Part shown: positions 55,284 through 64,000 of the stretch, in pieces
Layout of the letters: every line of letters starts with the position of its first letter
Position numbering within the stretch: the first letter of the stretch is position 1
NCBI GenBank assembly: GCA_044376115.1
Contig: JBILLK010000007.1
Coordinates: 160,001-224,000, forward strand
Reading direction: 5' to 3'
Length of the DNA stretch: 64,000 nucleotides
Origin: Polyangiaceae bacterium
GTDB lineage: Bacteria > Myxococcota_A > Polyangia > Polyangiales > Polyangiaceae
Position numbers and translations under genes: made by a program
The notes under the pieces: generated by a model
What the model was told of the DNA's origin: nothing
Database searches by the model: none
Seen by the model: the letters and a program-made list of their open reading frames with translations, nothing else

Positions 55284-55792
55284 GGTGAAACACCCGAGGA
55301 ACTAGCTGGAGGCGAAGGAGCAGTCGAAGTCGGAGCAGGCGGCGGGACGTCGTCCGGAATCAGAAAGACGGTGGCGCTGTCGTCACACTCATTCGAGCGA
55401 TACGTGCCCCGCACAAAGCCGTCCGTACCGGGCGTGAGGCTGTATTGCGTGTCGCTGCAGAACTTCCAACCAGCCGCCCGACCTTCCTCGACAGAGTGGG
55501 TCTCCTTTAGCGCGAGACTGCCGTCGGGCGCGATTGAGCCTACGATGGCGCGCACGCTGAAACCACTCTGCGCGCCGCTCAGGAGAATTTCCCCATTGAG
55601 CGCTGTGCCGTTCTTGCAGAGGTAGAGCTGCACGTTCATCGGGTCATTGCCTTTCGATTCCCCGCGAAACGACTGACAGCTCGGCGGAGCAACGAGCCGA
55701 AACCGCGCTCGGGGCACGGCTTCACGCTTGCTCGCGCAGCTCAGCAAAGCGACGAGCGAAAGGGCGACGAGGATTGGTTCGCGGCTGCGCAA
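55280..55792 (-). CDS. Hypothetical lipoprotein
   Basis: 'ALLSC' lipobox; beta-rich domain with Cys; stop overlaps the next ATG; start uncertain. Confidence 0.5.
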   Translation of the reverse strand: MRSREPILVALSLVALLSCASKREAVPRARFRLVAPPSCQSFRGESKGNDPMNVQLYLCKNGTALNGEILLSGAQSGFSVRAIVGSIAPDGSLALKETHSVEEGRAAGWKFCSDTQYSLTPGTDGFVRGTYRSNECDDSATVFLIPDDVPPPAPTSTAPSPPASSSGVSP

Positions 55793-55906
55793 GATGTGCA
55801 GCCTACAAGCAAGTACAGGCGTCGTCACGAGCGACGAATGCCGCCTTTCGTGCAATCTGGGCGCCCGTCGTTCCGGGTCTTCGCGGCTTCGCGCTAGGCT
55901 CGCGCG

Positions 55907-56494
55907 ATGCATAACGTTCGTGCGCTGGTTCGGTCGAGCTTGGTGGTGGTGATGGCGGTGAGCTGCGCCAGCGCGTCGCCTCCGTCCCCCGTGCAGGGCC
56001 CTACCGAAGTGGTGGAGCTCCCGTCGCTCCCCGCTCAACCCAGCGCGGCAGCGAGCACCACGGCCCGGGCGGAGACAGCGACGACGTTGACCGCGCAGTC
56101 GGTGGAAGATTTTTTGCGGGTTCGGTTCGCCCCGCTCGTAGACAGCGGCACCCTCGAACTTAGCTACCCTATGGAAGATAGCGCTGCTGAGTTGATCGAG
56201 GAGCTCAGCTGCGTCCACATCAACACCCTGGCTGACCTCGCAGCGTTGGTGCCGCCTGACTTCGAGCGACGCGGCGTTCCGGTGTTGGCCGAGCTAAAGG
56301 CTCCCGCTGCCAACACCCTCTCCCTGCTCCGCGACCTCATGGTCATCAAGGATGCGAGGCACTACTTCCGCAATTGTTGGCGCTCTCATTTCAGCGCCGG
56401 CGCGAATGAGTTCCCGTTGCCCAATGCCTATGGCGTCTCGCAGCAGTTGTTGGCGGAGCTGCTTGCCGCTGGTGACACGCCGGTGCGTCGTTAG
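55907..56494 (+). CDS. Hypothetical lipoprotein
   Basis: 'MAVSC' lipobox; Pro/Ala/Thr linker; helical domain. Confidence 0.55.
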   Translation: MHNVRALVRSSLVVVMAVSCASASPPSPVQGPTEVVELPSLPAQPSAAASTTARAETATTLTAQSVEDFLRVRFAPLVDSGTLELSYPMEDSAAELIEELSCVHINTLADLAALVPPDFERRGVPVLAELKAPAANTLSLLRDLMVIKDARHYFRNCWRSHFSAGANEFPLPNAYGVSQQLLAELLAAGDTPVRR

Positions 56495-56700
56495 CGAATG
56501 GCCGAGCGCACAGCGTCTGAGCCGTAGGCAATAACGTGTGGCGATTCTGCATTGAACAGCATGATTGCCCCGTGTGGTTCCCACGTTGCCTGTGACACGA
56601 GACCAATGCCCCTGTTTCGGCCCGTTGCTGTGTGGATAACGATCGTGGCATCGAGCTTGCTCCGCTCCCGTTGTTGCGTCTCGCAACCAGCAAGGACCCA

Positions 56701-57078
56701 ATGAATAGCCTGCTCTCTGCGTTAGCTCTCCTGGTCTACGGCAGTGCCTGCGCAGGGTCGCCTGCCGTCTTTCGGCGAACGCTCGTGCGCGCCGCGCCCA
56801 GCGAGCGATCGGTCGTCGTGCTACTCGACCGCGAGCCCGAGCTTCCGTTCGTGGTGCTCGGCGAGCTTTCTGCCGTTGCACTCGAGAGCCCCACCAGCAT
56901 CGCGATGATGCAGAGGGAGGCCGCGCTTCAGGGGCTCGACGGCATCTATTGGATCGAATGCGCCAGAGCCCGCGGCAGTTGTACGGCGAAGGGGTTCGTT
57001 TACAGCAAGGTCCCAGAGCTTGGCGGTCGGGAGGGCCAAGCTGATTGCACGTCGCAGCCGGAACTGACGCAACGCTGA
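56701..57078 (+). CDS. Small lipoprotein (YbjQ-like fold possible)
   Basis: Signal with 'GSAC'; 'PFVVLGEL...MQREAA..G.DGI'. Confidence 0.55.
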   Translation: MNSLLSALALLVYGSACAGSPAVFRRTLVRAAPSERSVVVLLDREPELPFVVLGELSAVALESPTSIAMMQREAALQGLDGIYWIECARARGSCTAKGFVYSKVPELGGREGQADCTSQPELTQR

Positions 57079-57193
57079 GCCGCGACCAGCCGACTGTACC
57101 GACGACTCCGCCGCACTGGCTTTGCCCGGCCCAAGAAGAGTCGCAGGCCGACGCGCTGCGAGGGCAGAGCTCTCCCGTGGTAGCGTCGCTGCG

Positions 57194-57928
57194 ATGTTGC
57201 TTCGTTCGCTGCTTCTCGCGGTGGGTTGTTTGGCCTGTGGACCTTCGTCGACGACGTCGGAGCTTCGGCCCGAACCGACGTCGAAAGAGTCTCGCTCGGC
57301 CTCTGCCTCGACGTCGACCAGCGCTGCACGGGCGTCCGTAGCGACCTCCGCGTCCGCACCGCCTGCACCGAGCGCTGCCGTGGCCAGTGCGTCCGCGCCG
57401 GTCTCGGAGGAGGAGGAGCGCGCGAACGAGGGCTGCAAGCTGCGCAAGAATACCAACGTGACGTCGCGCTGCGCCGCCCACGACGTCAGGCTCGGGAAGT
57501 GGAAGCCCTCGGCCAAGGAGCTGATGGTCACAGCGCCGCTACTCAGTGGAAGCTGCTACTGCGCGAGCGGGCTGATCGAGGCGATCGATCGCTGCGCTCA
57601 GAAGATCGATGGCGGTCAGATCGCGCTCACGCTGGGCACGCTCGGCGACCCGACCGATTGTTCGTTGACGGTGGGCGCGGCCGAACTCGGTGCTCGACGC
57701 TTCCTGCGGATCTACGCGTTCAACCGCGACCAAGCGACCTTCTATTCGATCATTACGGTGGTCGAGCTCAAAGGTGACAAGGCTGAGCTCTACTACCAAG
57801 GCTTCAACAGCTTCGATCCGCCGGGTACCACCGACGTCGATCCGAAGCAGCACTCGGCCGCGCTGGTGAAGGACTGGCCCACGCTGCCGCAGAGCTTCAA
57901 AGATTGGTTGGAAAAGGACCCGGAGTAG
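57194..57928 (+). CDS. Hypothetical lipoprotein
   Basis: 'GCLAC' lipobox; Ser/Ala linker; Cys-rich domain. Confidence 0.6.
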   Translation: MLLRSLLLAVGCLACGPSSTTSELRPEPTSKESRSASASTSTSAARASVATSASAPPAPSAAVASASAPVSEEEERANEGCKLRKNTNVTSRCAAHDVRLGKWKPSAKELMVTAPLLSGSCYCASGLIEAIDRCAQKIDGGQIALTLGTLGDPTDCSLTVGAAELGARRFLRIYAFNRDQATFYSIITVVELKGDKAELYYQGFNSFDPPGTTDVDPKQHSAALVKDWPTLPQSFKDWLEKDPE

Positions 57929-57930
57929 CC

Positions 57931-58935
57931 GTGACCGCGTTCTCCATCCTCGATCTGAGTCCCATCGTCTCGGGGTCGAACGCCACGCAGGCGCTGCGCG
58001 ACACCGTGGCGCTGGCTCAGCATGCCGAGTCGCTCGGCGCTGCGCGCGTGTGGTTGGCGGAGCATCACAACGCCGGCATGCTCGCGAGCTCAGCGCCGGA
58101 GATCCTGATCGCGCATGTCGCAGGAGCCACGCGCTCGATTCGTGTTGGAGCAGGAGGCGTGATGCTCCCCAATCACAGCGCGCTCCGGGTCGCCGAGCAA
58201 TTCCGTCTGCTTTCGGCGTTGTTCCCGGGTCGAATCGATCTCGGCTTGGGGCGAGCCGCTGGGACCGACCCACGTACTGCTCGGCTTCTGCGCCGCGGAG
58301 CGGCGGACGACGCGGCCTTGTTCGATGCGCAGTTCGACGAGCTGCTCGGTTACCTCGAGGCCGACTCAGCGCCGCGTGGCGAGCGTCCGACGTCGGTCAT
58401 CGCCATCCCCAGCGGGGTCGAGTCCCCGGAGCTTTTTCTGCTTGGCTCTGGCGACTACAGCGCACGTTTAGCGGCTGAGCGCGGGGTCGGCTTGGCCTTC
58501 GCCCATCACATGAATCCGAGCGAGGCCGCTCAGGAGTTGCAGCGCTATCGGGCCAACTTCCGGCCCTCGCGCTACCGCGCAGCTCCGTGGGCGATGGCCT
58601 CGGTCAACGTGGTCGCGGCCGCGACCGACGCGCAGGCGGAGGAACTTGCAGCGAGCGGACGCTTGGCGCTGGTTCGAATGGCGCAGGGGCAGCGCGACTT
58701 GCCGCTAGCGAGCCCGGCGGAGGTTCGTCAGCACGCTTTCGACGAAGAGGAAGAAGCGGTGCTCGCGGCCTATGCTGGTGCAACCATCGTCGGCGGTCCC
58801 GAGCGAGTGCGCGCCGCCCTGCGCGCGTTGCTCGAGGCGACCGCAGCCAACGAACTCGTAGTGATGACGCAGGTTCATGATCAGGCCGCGCGCAAGGCTT
58901 CCTACACCCTGGTCGCTGAGCTCTTGGCGTCGTAG
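57931..58935 (+). CDS. LLM-class flavin-dependent oxidoreductase (luciferase-like)
   Basis: 'FSILDL', 'WLAEHH', 'GAGGVMLPNHS', 'GRIDLGLGRAAG'. Confidence 0.93.
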   Translation: MTAFSILDLSPIVSGSNATQALRDTVALAQHAESLGAARVWLAEHHNAGMLASSAPEILIAHVAGATRSIRVGAGGVMLPNHSALRVAEQFRLLSALFPGRIDLGLGRAAGTDPRTARLLRRGAADDAALFDAQFDELLGYLEADSAPRGERPTSVIAIPSGVESPELFLLGSGDYSARLAAERGVGLAFAHHMNPSEAAQELQRYRANFRPSRYRAAPWAMASVNVVAAATDAQAEELAASGRLALVRMAQGQRDLPLASPAEVRQHAFDEEEEAVLAAYAGATIVGGPERVRAALRALLEATAANELVVMTQVHDQAARKASYTLVAELLAS

Positions 58936-59155
58936 CGTCGTGTTTTGAGGCAACGCGAGGTTGACTCCTTCGACTGAACCTCGGACGGTTCCCTGCGGCG
59001 CCAATGGCGTCGAGCGAGTTCAAGTCAGGAGCACGTTTGGTTCCGCCGATCGAGGCGAAGCCTCCTACAACTTGGTTCGCCCAACCCTTTGCTGCGCGGG
59101 CCGAGACCCTGCGTCTTTTGCCACCGCTTTCACTTTCGCTAGGGCTCGGGCGCTG

Positions 59156-60130
59156 TCAGGCGTCTTTCCGGATCGCCATTTCAACCTGCGTAGCCGGAAC
59201 CACGCCAAACAGGCGGTCGGTCATTCGGAACAGGCCCGCAATGGCCTTTTTGGCCGTACGCATGCGCCCCGGATTCGTCGCCGCCAACCAGTGAGCCGCC
59301 CGGTCCCCCTGCCTTGGCTGGAGCACCACCGGTCGTGCGCCTGGCGTTTGACGGATGTTGCTCAGAATCTCCGGTTCGGTGCCGCCCCGAATGCCGGCGC
59401 GCAATAACTGCTCCCAGTCGCGCTGCCGGTTTTCTTCCGGCGCTTCGCGCGCGTAGTTGTTGGCCAGATATCGCGCCAGCCCGTCTGGGAGGTAGTTGAT
59501 AAACCAGAGACCGGTCGTGTGGTGCTCAAGAGGCGACCAGCGGTGCGGCGTTTGATTGATATAAAGGATCCCGCCGGGCTTCAACGCGGACCACAGCAGC
59601 GGCAGCAGGGTCAGTCGTTCGCTTGGCAGCAGATGCTCGTAGACCGCGCTCAACATGATCCCGTCAAAAGGTCCGATCCCTGCCGGGAGCGATTCACCTG
59701 ACGGCGAGAGAAGAAAACGCGCGTTGGTCACCCCTGTTCCCTGGGCGATTCGCGTGGCCAGCTCCACGGCGTTCTCGCGAAGCTCAACGCCGGTCACCTG
59801 GGCGTGCGGAAACATGCGAGCCATGAAAATAGTGGAGGCGCCGCACCCGCAGCCAAAATCGAGAATCTCCCCCCTCATCTCGCCCGGTGGGCGAAAAGCA
59901 TCCAGTTGGTGTTTCAATGCGTGGCTCACGTAGTCGGGCTCGCAATGCCTCGCGATGTCGTCACAAATCCAACCGATCGTACTTTCGGCGACGACGGCTT
60001 GAATCAGGTCGAGACTGAAATCGGTCTCACAAGATTTTCTGGCGATGAAAACCTGCGGTGATTCCGGCACCGCCGTGACGCGATAACGGAAGTTCGGAAG
60101 CGGGTCTACTTTCAGATACCCACCCGGCAT
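59156..60130 (-). CDS. Class I SAM-dependent methyltransferase
   Basis: 'ILDFGCGCG', 'GVE', 'FDGIML.AVYEHL', 'LKPGG'. Confidence 0.88.
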   Translation of the reverse strand: MPGGYLKVDPLPNFRYRVTAVPESPQVFIARKSCETDFSLDLIQAVVAESTIGWICDDIARHCEPDYVSHALKHQLDAFRPPGEMRGEILDFGCGCGASTIFMARMFPHAQVTGVELRENAVELATRIAQGTGVTNARFLLSPSGESLPAGIGPFDGIMLSAVYEHLLPSERLTLLPLLWSALKPGGILYINQTPHRWSPLEHHTTGLWFINYLPDGLARYLANNYAREAPEENRQRDWEQLLRAGIRGGTEPEILSNIRQTPGARPVVLQPRQGDRAAHWLAATNPGRMRTAKKAIAGLFRMTDRLFGVVPATQVEMAIRKDA

Positions 60131-60424
60131 CTCGATCGATGCTGCCCGATGTTGGGTTGCAGGGTGTCGCTCTCGCTCAGGTATCCGTCCGCGTTGCCTT
60201 AGAAAGCCTCAAGTGGTTCGTTATCTTATCGGCGTCAACGCGCAGTCAGTAATCTCTTCGCGCGCTTGCGGTTAACACTTCGAACCTCGTGAAATCCCTT
60301 GGGAAGCGGGTAGGCATGCGCCGGATGACGAAGACGAAGAACACCCCACGGAGCCCACGTTGGTGCGCATTCACGCCGGACCGTGCGCGCTGACCGTGCG
60401 CGGCGCGGGCCCGCGAACGCGTCC

Positions 60425-60507
60425 GCGAGCAGGATGGGAGCTCGAACCGCCGGCGCGCGAGCAGGGTGGGAGCTCGAACCGCCGGCGCGCGGGGATGGGC
60501 GCTCGAA
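60425..60507. repeat. 32-bp tandem repeat (2 copies + partial)
   Basis: gcgagcagg[a/g]tgggagctcgaaccgccggcgc at 60425 and 60457; degenerate third copy at 60489-60507. Confidence 0.8.
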
Positions 60508-60535
60508 TTGGACGTTTTGTTGAATTCAGTCGCCC

Positions 60536-60871
60536 ATGTCCCAACGAGCGGCGCCCATTCTCAGCAGCCCGGCGGTTGGGGCGATCTGCAGTGACCCGCT
60601 CGCGCTTCTCGCGGACTGCCAGAGTCGCACGACGTTGGACATTCTGTTGCCGATCGGGTCGCAGGGGCCAGCCGTGTACGATCTCGCCACGAGCGGCGTC
60701 ACGGTCACCGAGCTAGCCTCGTCGCTCGGCGAGTCCGAATGCACGCGGTCGGATACGTTGTGGGTGAGCGGCGAGCTCGAGATCCTGGCGATCACGCCAA
60801 CCTTGATTCACGTCGCGCTCAACGACGGCGCTGGCACCGTAGTCGACGCCATCGCGACCCGTTGCAACTGA
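60536..60871 (+). pseudogene. Fragment of a Cys-containing domain paralogous to the gene at 63329
   Basis: Shares C-xx-P...C...LP...DL...C...SG.LE(I/V)..I...V...RC spacing with 63329..; no signal peptide in frame. Confidence 0.5.
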
Positions 60872-60949
60872 GCGGCTGTCAGCGTTTGGTCGCACCTGGT
60901 CCTTGATCAGGGGGCGCTGGTACGGCGCAGGTGCGTTCGGGTTTCGATT

Positions 60950-61360
60950 TTGTTTGCTCGCTTGCAACCGACCGAGCTGCTCGCCCGTAACCGACGCACC
61001 ATGGCCTCTACGTTGGCGGTGGACGCTTCACGCGCGCGGCGATCGCTTGCGCCCTTCTCCGGCCAACTTCGCGTCCACGCCGCGATCGAGCAAGAGGCGC
61101 TCTATCCGCGGCTCTTGACCTCGTCGGAGCCCAGCGTCGTGGCAAAAAAGCGCAGAGCCTGCTGGCGGACGTTGGCACCGTGAACGAGGCGTTCTTCGAC
61201 TACCTGAAGGCCTACCCCGACGCCGCTTCCATCCAGGCTGACCCAGCCGAGTTCTCGCGCCGCACGATGCAAACGTTGTATCGCGTGCGCGTACGCATGA
61301 AGCGTCGCACCGAAGGAGCAGTTCGACGCGCTGTTGTATCTACGCACGGTGACGCCGGTT
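60950..61360 (+). pseudogene. Frameshifted hemerythrin-like protein
   Basis: 'LRVHAAIEQEALYPRL' HxxxE motif in one frame continues as 'FFDYLKAY...I..DPAEF...L..R' in another frame. Confidence 0.55.
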
Positions 61361-61411
61361 ACGATGCGCTGAGTTTTGTAGGCACAGTGCGTAAGTATTG
61401 CGGCTCGAACT

Positions 61412-62449
61412 TCACGGCAGCGGCGCGCCAAAGGGTGGCGTAGCGCCCTGCTTCAAACGCTCGGGACTCGCCCAGTCGTGCGCCGGAAGGATGACCGTTG
61501 GCCTTGCTTCGGCCCACTCCTTCACCTTGCCATAGGTGGCGCGCGTCGCATCGAAGTCTGCGTTGATGCCCGCGAGTTGCTCGCTCGTGAGCATCGGCTC
61601 GTTGAAGAACGCATCCCCTACGAACAAAAGGTCCACCTCGAGGCCGTCCACCATGAGCGACCTTGAGCCCGCTGTGTGACCCGGGGTTGGAACGAGCCGA
61701 ATCGCTCCATCGCTGGTGAGCGCGCTCGAGGGGCCGAAGACGCGGGTCAGCTCGTCGTCGACGGTTGGCTCCTGCTCGAAGAAGCGCAGCTCTGCATCGG
61801 CCAGGCTTCTGCACGTAACGAAGCCGCCGTTCGGGCCAAGCTCGTAGTCAACCTGGGACACGTAGACAGGAACGCCAGGAAAGTAGGGGACGCCGCCGGT
61901 GTGGTCCGCGTGCAGGTGCGTGATGACAACACCTCGTACGCTCGCTGGGTCGATCCCGAGGCGCTCCAGTTGCGGGCCAACCTCTTCTTCTGGCGATACC
62001 TCCACCTTGAGAAGCCCGCGGTCGAACTTCCCATCGTTTGGGTCACACGCGTAGTAGTCGGGGTCGGAGTTGAACCTCGAAAGCTCACCGGCGTCGACGA
62101 CGAAGACTCCTTCCGGATGCTCGATGACGTAAACGAAGATCGGCATCGGAGGCTGAAACGCTCGGTCCATCAGCATCGCAAGCACACGCTCGATCAACGT
62201 CGTGTCCTCGGGCTCACAAAGCGTCTCGTGGCAGCGCTTGACCGCGACGGTTCCGATCTGGAGTGCGTGCACTCGCACCGTCCCCCCGGCGGTTTGCAGC
62301 AGGGTTGCCCCGTCCGCGTCCACCCGAACGGGCGACGGCTCCTCGACGGTCTCGCTTTGCGTCTCGCTGCATGCGCCTAACGTCAATAGGGCGCCTACGC
62401 CCAGCACACGTGTTGTGTTCGCGAATCTACTCATCCTTCTTGTGCTCAT
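61412..62449 (-). CDS. MBL-fold hydrolase, N-acyl-homoserine lactonase family, with lipoprotein signal
   Basis: 'VVDAG', 'THLHADHTGG', 'TPGHTAG', 'GDA', 'PAHD'; LGAC lipobox. Confidence 0.85.
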   Translation of the reverse strand: MSTRRMSRFANTTRVLGVGALLTLGACSETQSETVEEPSPVRVDADGATLLQTAGGTVRVHALQIGTVAVKRCHETLCEPEDTTLIERVLAMLMDRAFQPPMPIFVYVIEHPEGVFVVDAGELSRFNSDPDYYACDPNDGKFDRGLLKVEVSPEEEVGPQLERLGIDPASVRGVVITHLHADHTGGVPYFPGVPVYVSQVDYELGPNGGFVTCRSLADAELRFFEQEPTVDDELTRVFGPSSALTSDGAIRLVPTPGHTAGSRSLMVDGLEVDLLFVGDAFFNEPMLTSEQLAGINADFDATRATYGKVKEWAEARPTVILPAHDWASPERLKQGATPPFGAPLP

Positions 62450-62478
62450 GAAGCCGACTCCTTGCTCTCTGTTGGTTA

Positions 62479-62549
62479 GGTAAACACTGCTTGGTAAACA
62501 CTGTTAGGTGAACGGTGTTTATTTGAGGCAAGAGGTAAGCGGTGTCAAG
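62479..62549. promoter_or_regulatory. Repeated operator-like sites in the divergent lactonase/TetR promoter
   Basis: Four related 14-mers at 62479, 62493, 62507 and 62533; inverted repeat taaacactgtt-N5-aacggtgttta (62495-62521). Confidence 0.7.
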
Positions 62550-62558
62550 CTTCGGGCG

Positions 62559-63173
62559 ATGACAATCGACGGCTCGTCGCGAACGACCGGGAAGCACCAC
62601 GGAGATCTGCGCCAGGCGTTGATGGCGGCAGCCTTGGCGATGGTGGCTACGGGCGACGAAAAATCGCTTTCTTTACGAGAAGTCGCGCGTCGCGCCGGGG
62701 TCAGCCCAGCGGCGCCGTATCACCATTTCGCGGACAAGGAGTCACTGCTCGCTGCGGTGGCGTGCGAGGGGTTCGAGCGTCTCGGGCAGGCGCTGCGCGA
62801 GGCAGCGAAGCTCTCGCGCTCCCCGCAAACCAAGCTCTCGAGGATGGCGGCCGAGTACGTACGCTTCGCCCTGGCTCACCACGTGCACTACCGCATCATG
62901 GTTTCACCGTCGCTGGGGAACGCAGCCGCGCATCCAGCCTTGCACAACGCGTCACTGAATGCTTTCTCGAGCCTTGCCGAGGCCGTTGCTTCGGTGGGAG
63001 GCAAGATCCCCCCCGCTGAGGTGAAGCGGCGTGCCGCCTTCGCTTGGGCACTGGCGCACGGGATTGTCGAACTCAAGCTCAACGGCGCGCTCACGCCGTT
63101 GACCGAGGACGACGCGGAGGTCCTCGCAAAGCACGTCGGGAGTGAGGTGCTGCGGCTAGCCAAAGGCGATTGA
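62559..63173 (+). CDS. TetR/AcrR family regulator (WHG-type C-terminus)
   Basis: 'HHGDLRQAL...SLREVARRAGVSPAAPYHHF.DKE.LL'; 'WALAHG'. Confidence 0.92.
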   Translation: MTIDGSSRTTGKHHGDLRQALMAAALAMVATGDEKSLSLREVARRAGVSPAAPYHHFADKESLLAAVACEGFERLGQALREAAKLSRSPQTKLSRMAAEYVRFALAHHVHYRIMVSPSLGNAAAHPALHNASLNAFSSLAEAVASVGGKIPPAEVKRRAAFAWALAHGIVELKLNGALTPLTEDDAEVLAKHVGSEVLRLAKGD

Positions 63174-63328
63174 GGTCTCGGGCCGATGCGCAAAGCTGAA
63201 GGCTGCCAGCGCGCGTGAGTAGGCGCTCATGCAGCGGCACAGCTCGGCACTGTTCCTTGTGGACGTTCACGAATATCGGCCGAAAAGGCCTGTTGAGCGT
63301 GTGGCACTGGGCTTGCTCTTGGCGCATC

Positions 63329-64000
63329 GTGAACCTTCAAGCTCGCCCTCTATTCTTCGCTTCCTTTGTCACGGCCTTGCTCGCCGCTGGGTGCTCGAGC
63401 GTCGTTTGCGAGTCCGACGGTTGTTGCGATCAAGACAGCTGCTGTGAGGGCGGTGCGTGTCTGCCTCCCACCCCACACGGCGTGGCTACCCCGTGGGAAA
63501 GTCTCGCAGGAGAGAAGGGCCCTGCGCCTGCGGGTACGCTGCTGCTCAAGCTAACGAGCGGGGAAGGCTTCTGCGCTGCGCCTTGGGTTTCTGAGCTTTC
63601 GTGTGGTGAGGAAGCGGCTTGGGAGGTTGAGTTCGCGCTCCCGCCGCCATTGCAGTTTGCTGGAGCCACGGTGGATCTGGCTGAGCTCGCCGACTTGGGC
63701 GGCGCCTCCTATCGTCAGACGACCGCAGGTGCAGACTGCTCGATCGAGGCCGGGACGCTGAGCGGGACGCTCGAGGTCGTCAGCATCGATGAGACGCAGC
63801 TCGAGGTTCGTGTGACCTCGGCAACGCCGAGCCTTGGCGAGCTGGAGCAAGGGCTGATCGTCCCGCGCTGCCAGAATCCCGAGCTGCCACAACAAGCGGT
63901 TGCCATGACGCAAAGCCAATTCGATCTCCTTTACGCGCTGCGGGATGGCGAGCCCGAGGCGGAAGCCGAGGATGCCGCCGCAGAGCCTTTCATTGAGGAA
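63329..64000 (+). CDS. Cys-rich lipoprotein, partial (runs off the window end)
   Basis: Read by hand: GTG 63329 opens MNLQARPLFFASFVTALLAAGC... with no stop through 64000; absent from the ORF track because it lacks a stop. Confidence 0.65.
   Translation, partial: MNLQARPLFFASFVTALLAAGCSSVVCESDGCCDQDSCCEGGACLPPTPHGVATPWESLAGEKGPAPAGTLLLKLTSGEGFCAAPWVSELSCGEEAAWEVEFALPPPLQFAGATVDLAELADLGGASYRQTTAGADCSIEAGTLSGTLEVVSIDETQLEVRVTSATPSLGELEQGLIVPRCQNPELPQQAVAMTQSQFDLLYALRDGEPEAEAEDAAAEPFIEE

Noticed and set aside
60425..60507. 32-bp repeats as a mini-CRISPR
   Set aside because: Head-to-tail copies with no spacers and only about 2.5 units.
1..64000. tRNA, rRNA, transposase, integrase or prophage genes
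   Set aside because: None recognised by eye; a tRNAscan/Infernal run would be needed to exclude small RNAs.

Overview
GC-rich bacterial DNA whose gene content points to a myxobacterium, probably Polyangiales/Sorangiineae-like (inferred from many Cys-lipoproteins, an AgmX/PglI-type domain and an Mx162-like retron). The centrepiece (23.4-39.6 kb) is a complete retron locus on the minus strand. Four translationally coupled genes (WGR + poly-acidic protein; 898-aa alpha-solenoid; 2217-aa WD40+HEAT giant; SWIM-finger/WGR-like protein) run into a clearly structured msr-msd ncRNA (a1/a2 repeats at 27170-27199 and 26927-26956, candidate branching G at 27169, perfect 30-bp msd stem) and an Mx162-type reverse transcriptase. 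A SWIM-DNA ligase-WGR gene and a tandem-WGR gene converge on the RT and overlap its stop, so the same nucleic-acid-binding domains occur on both sides. Other notable items: a coupled KS-KS/ACP-GcvT/lipoprotein operon (49.6-55.8 kb), a catalytically eroded TrpC paralog between trpG/pabA and nagZ, a CheD/MCP chimeric remnant, ArsR and TetR operator sites, and a frameshifted patch at 60.2-61.4 kb. The rest is mostly lipoproteins and ordinary accessory enzymes. All family calls come from motif recognition by eye; no searches were run.
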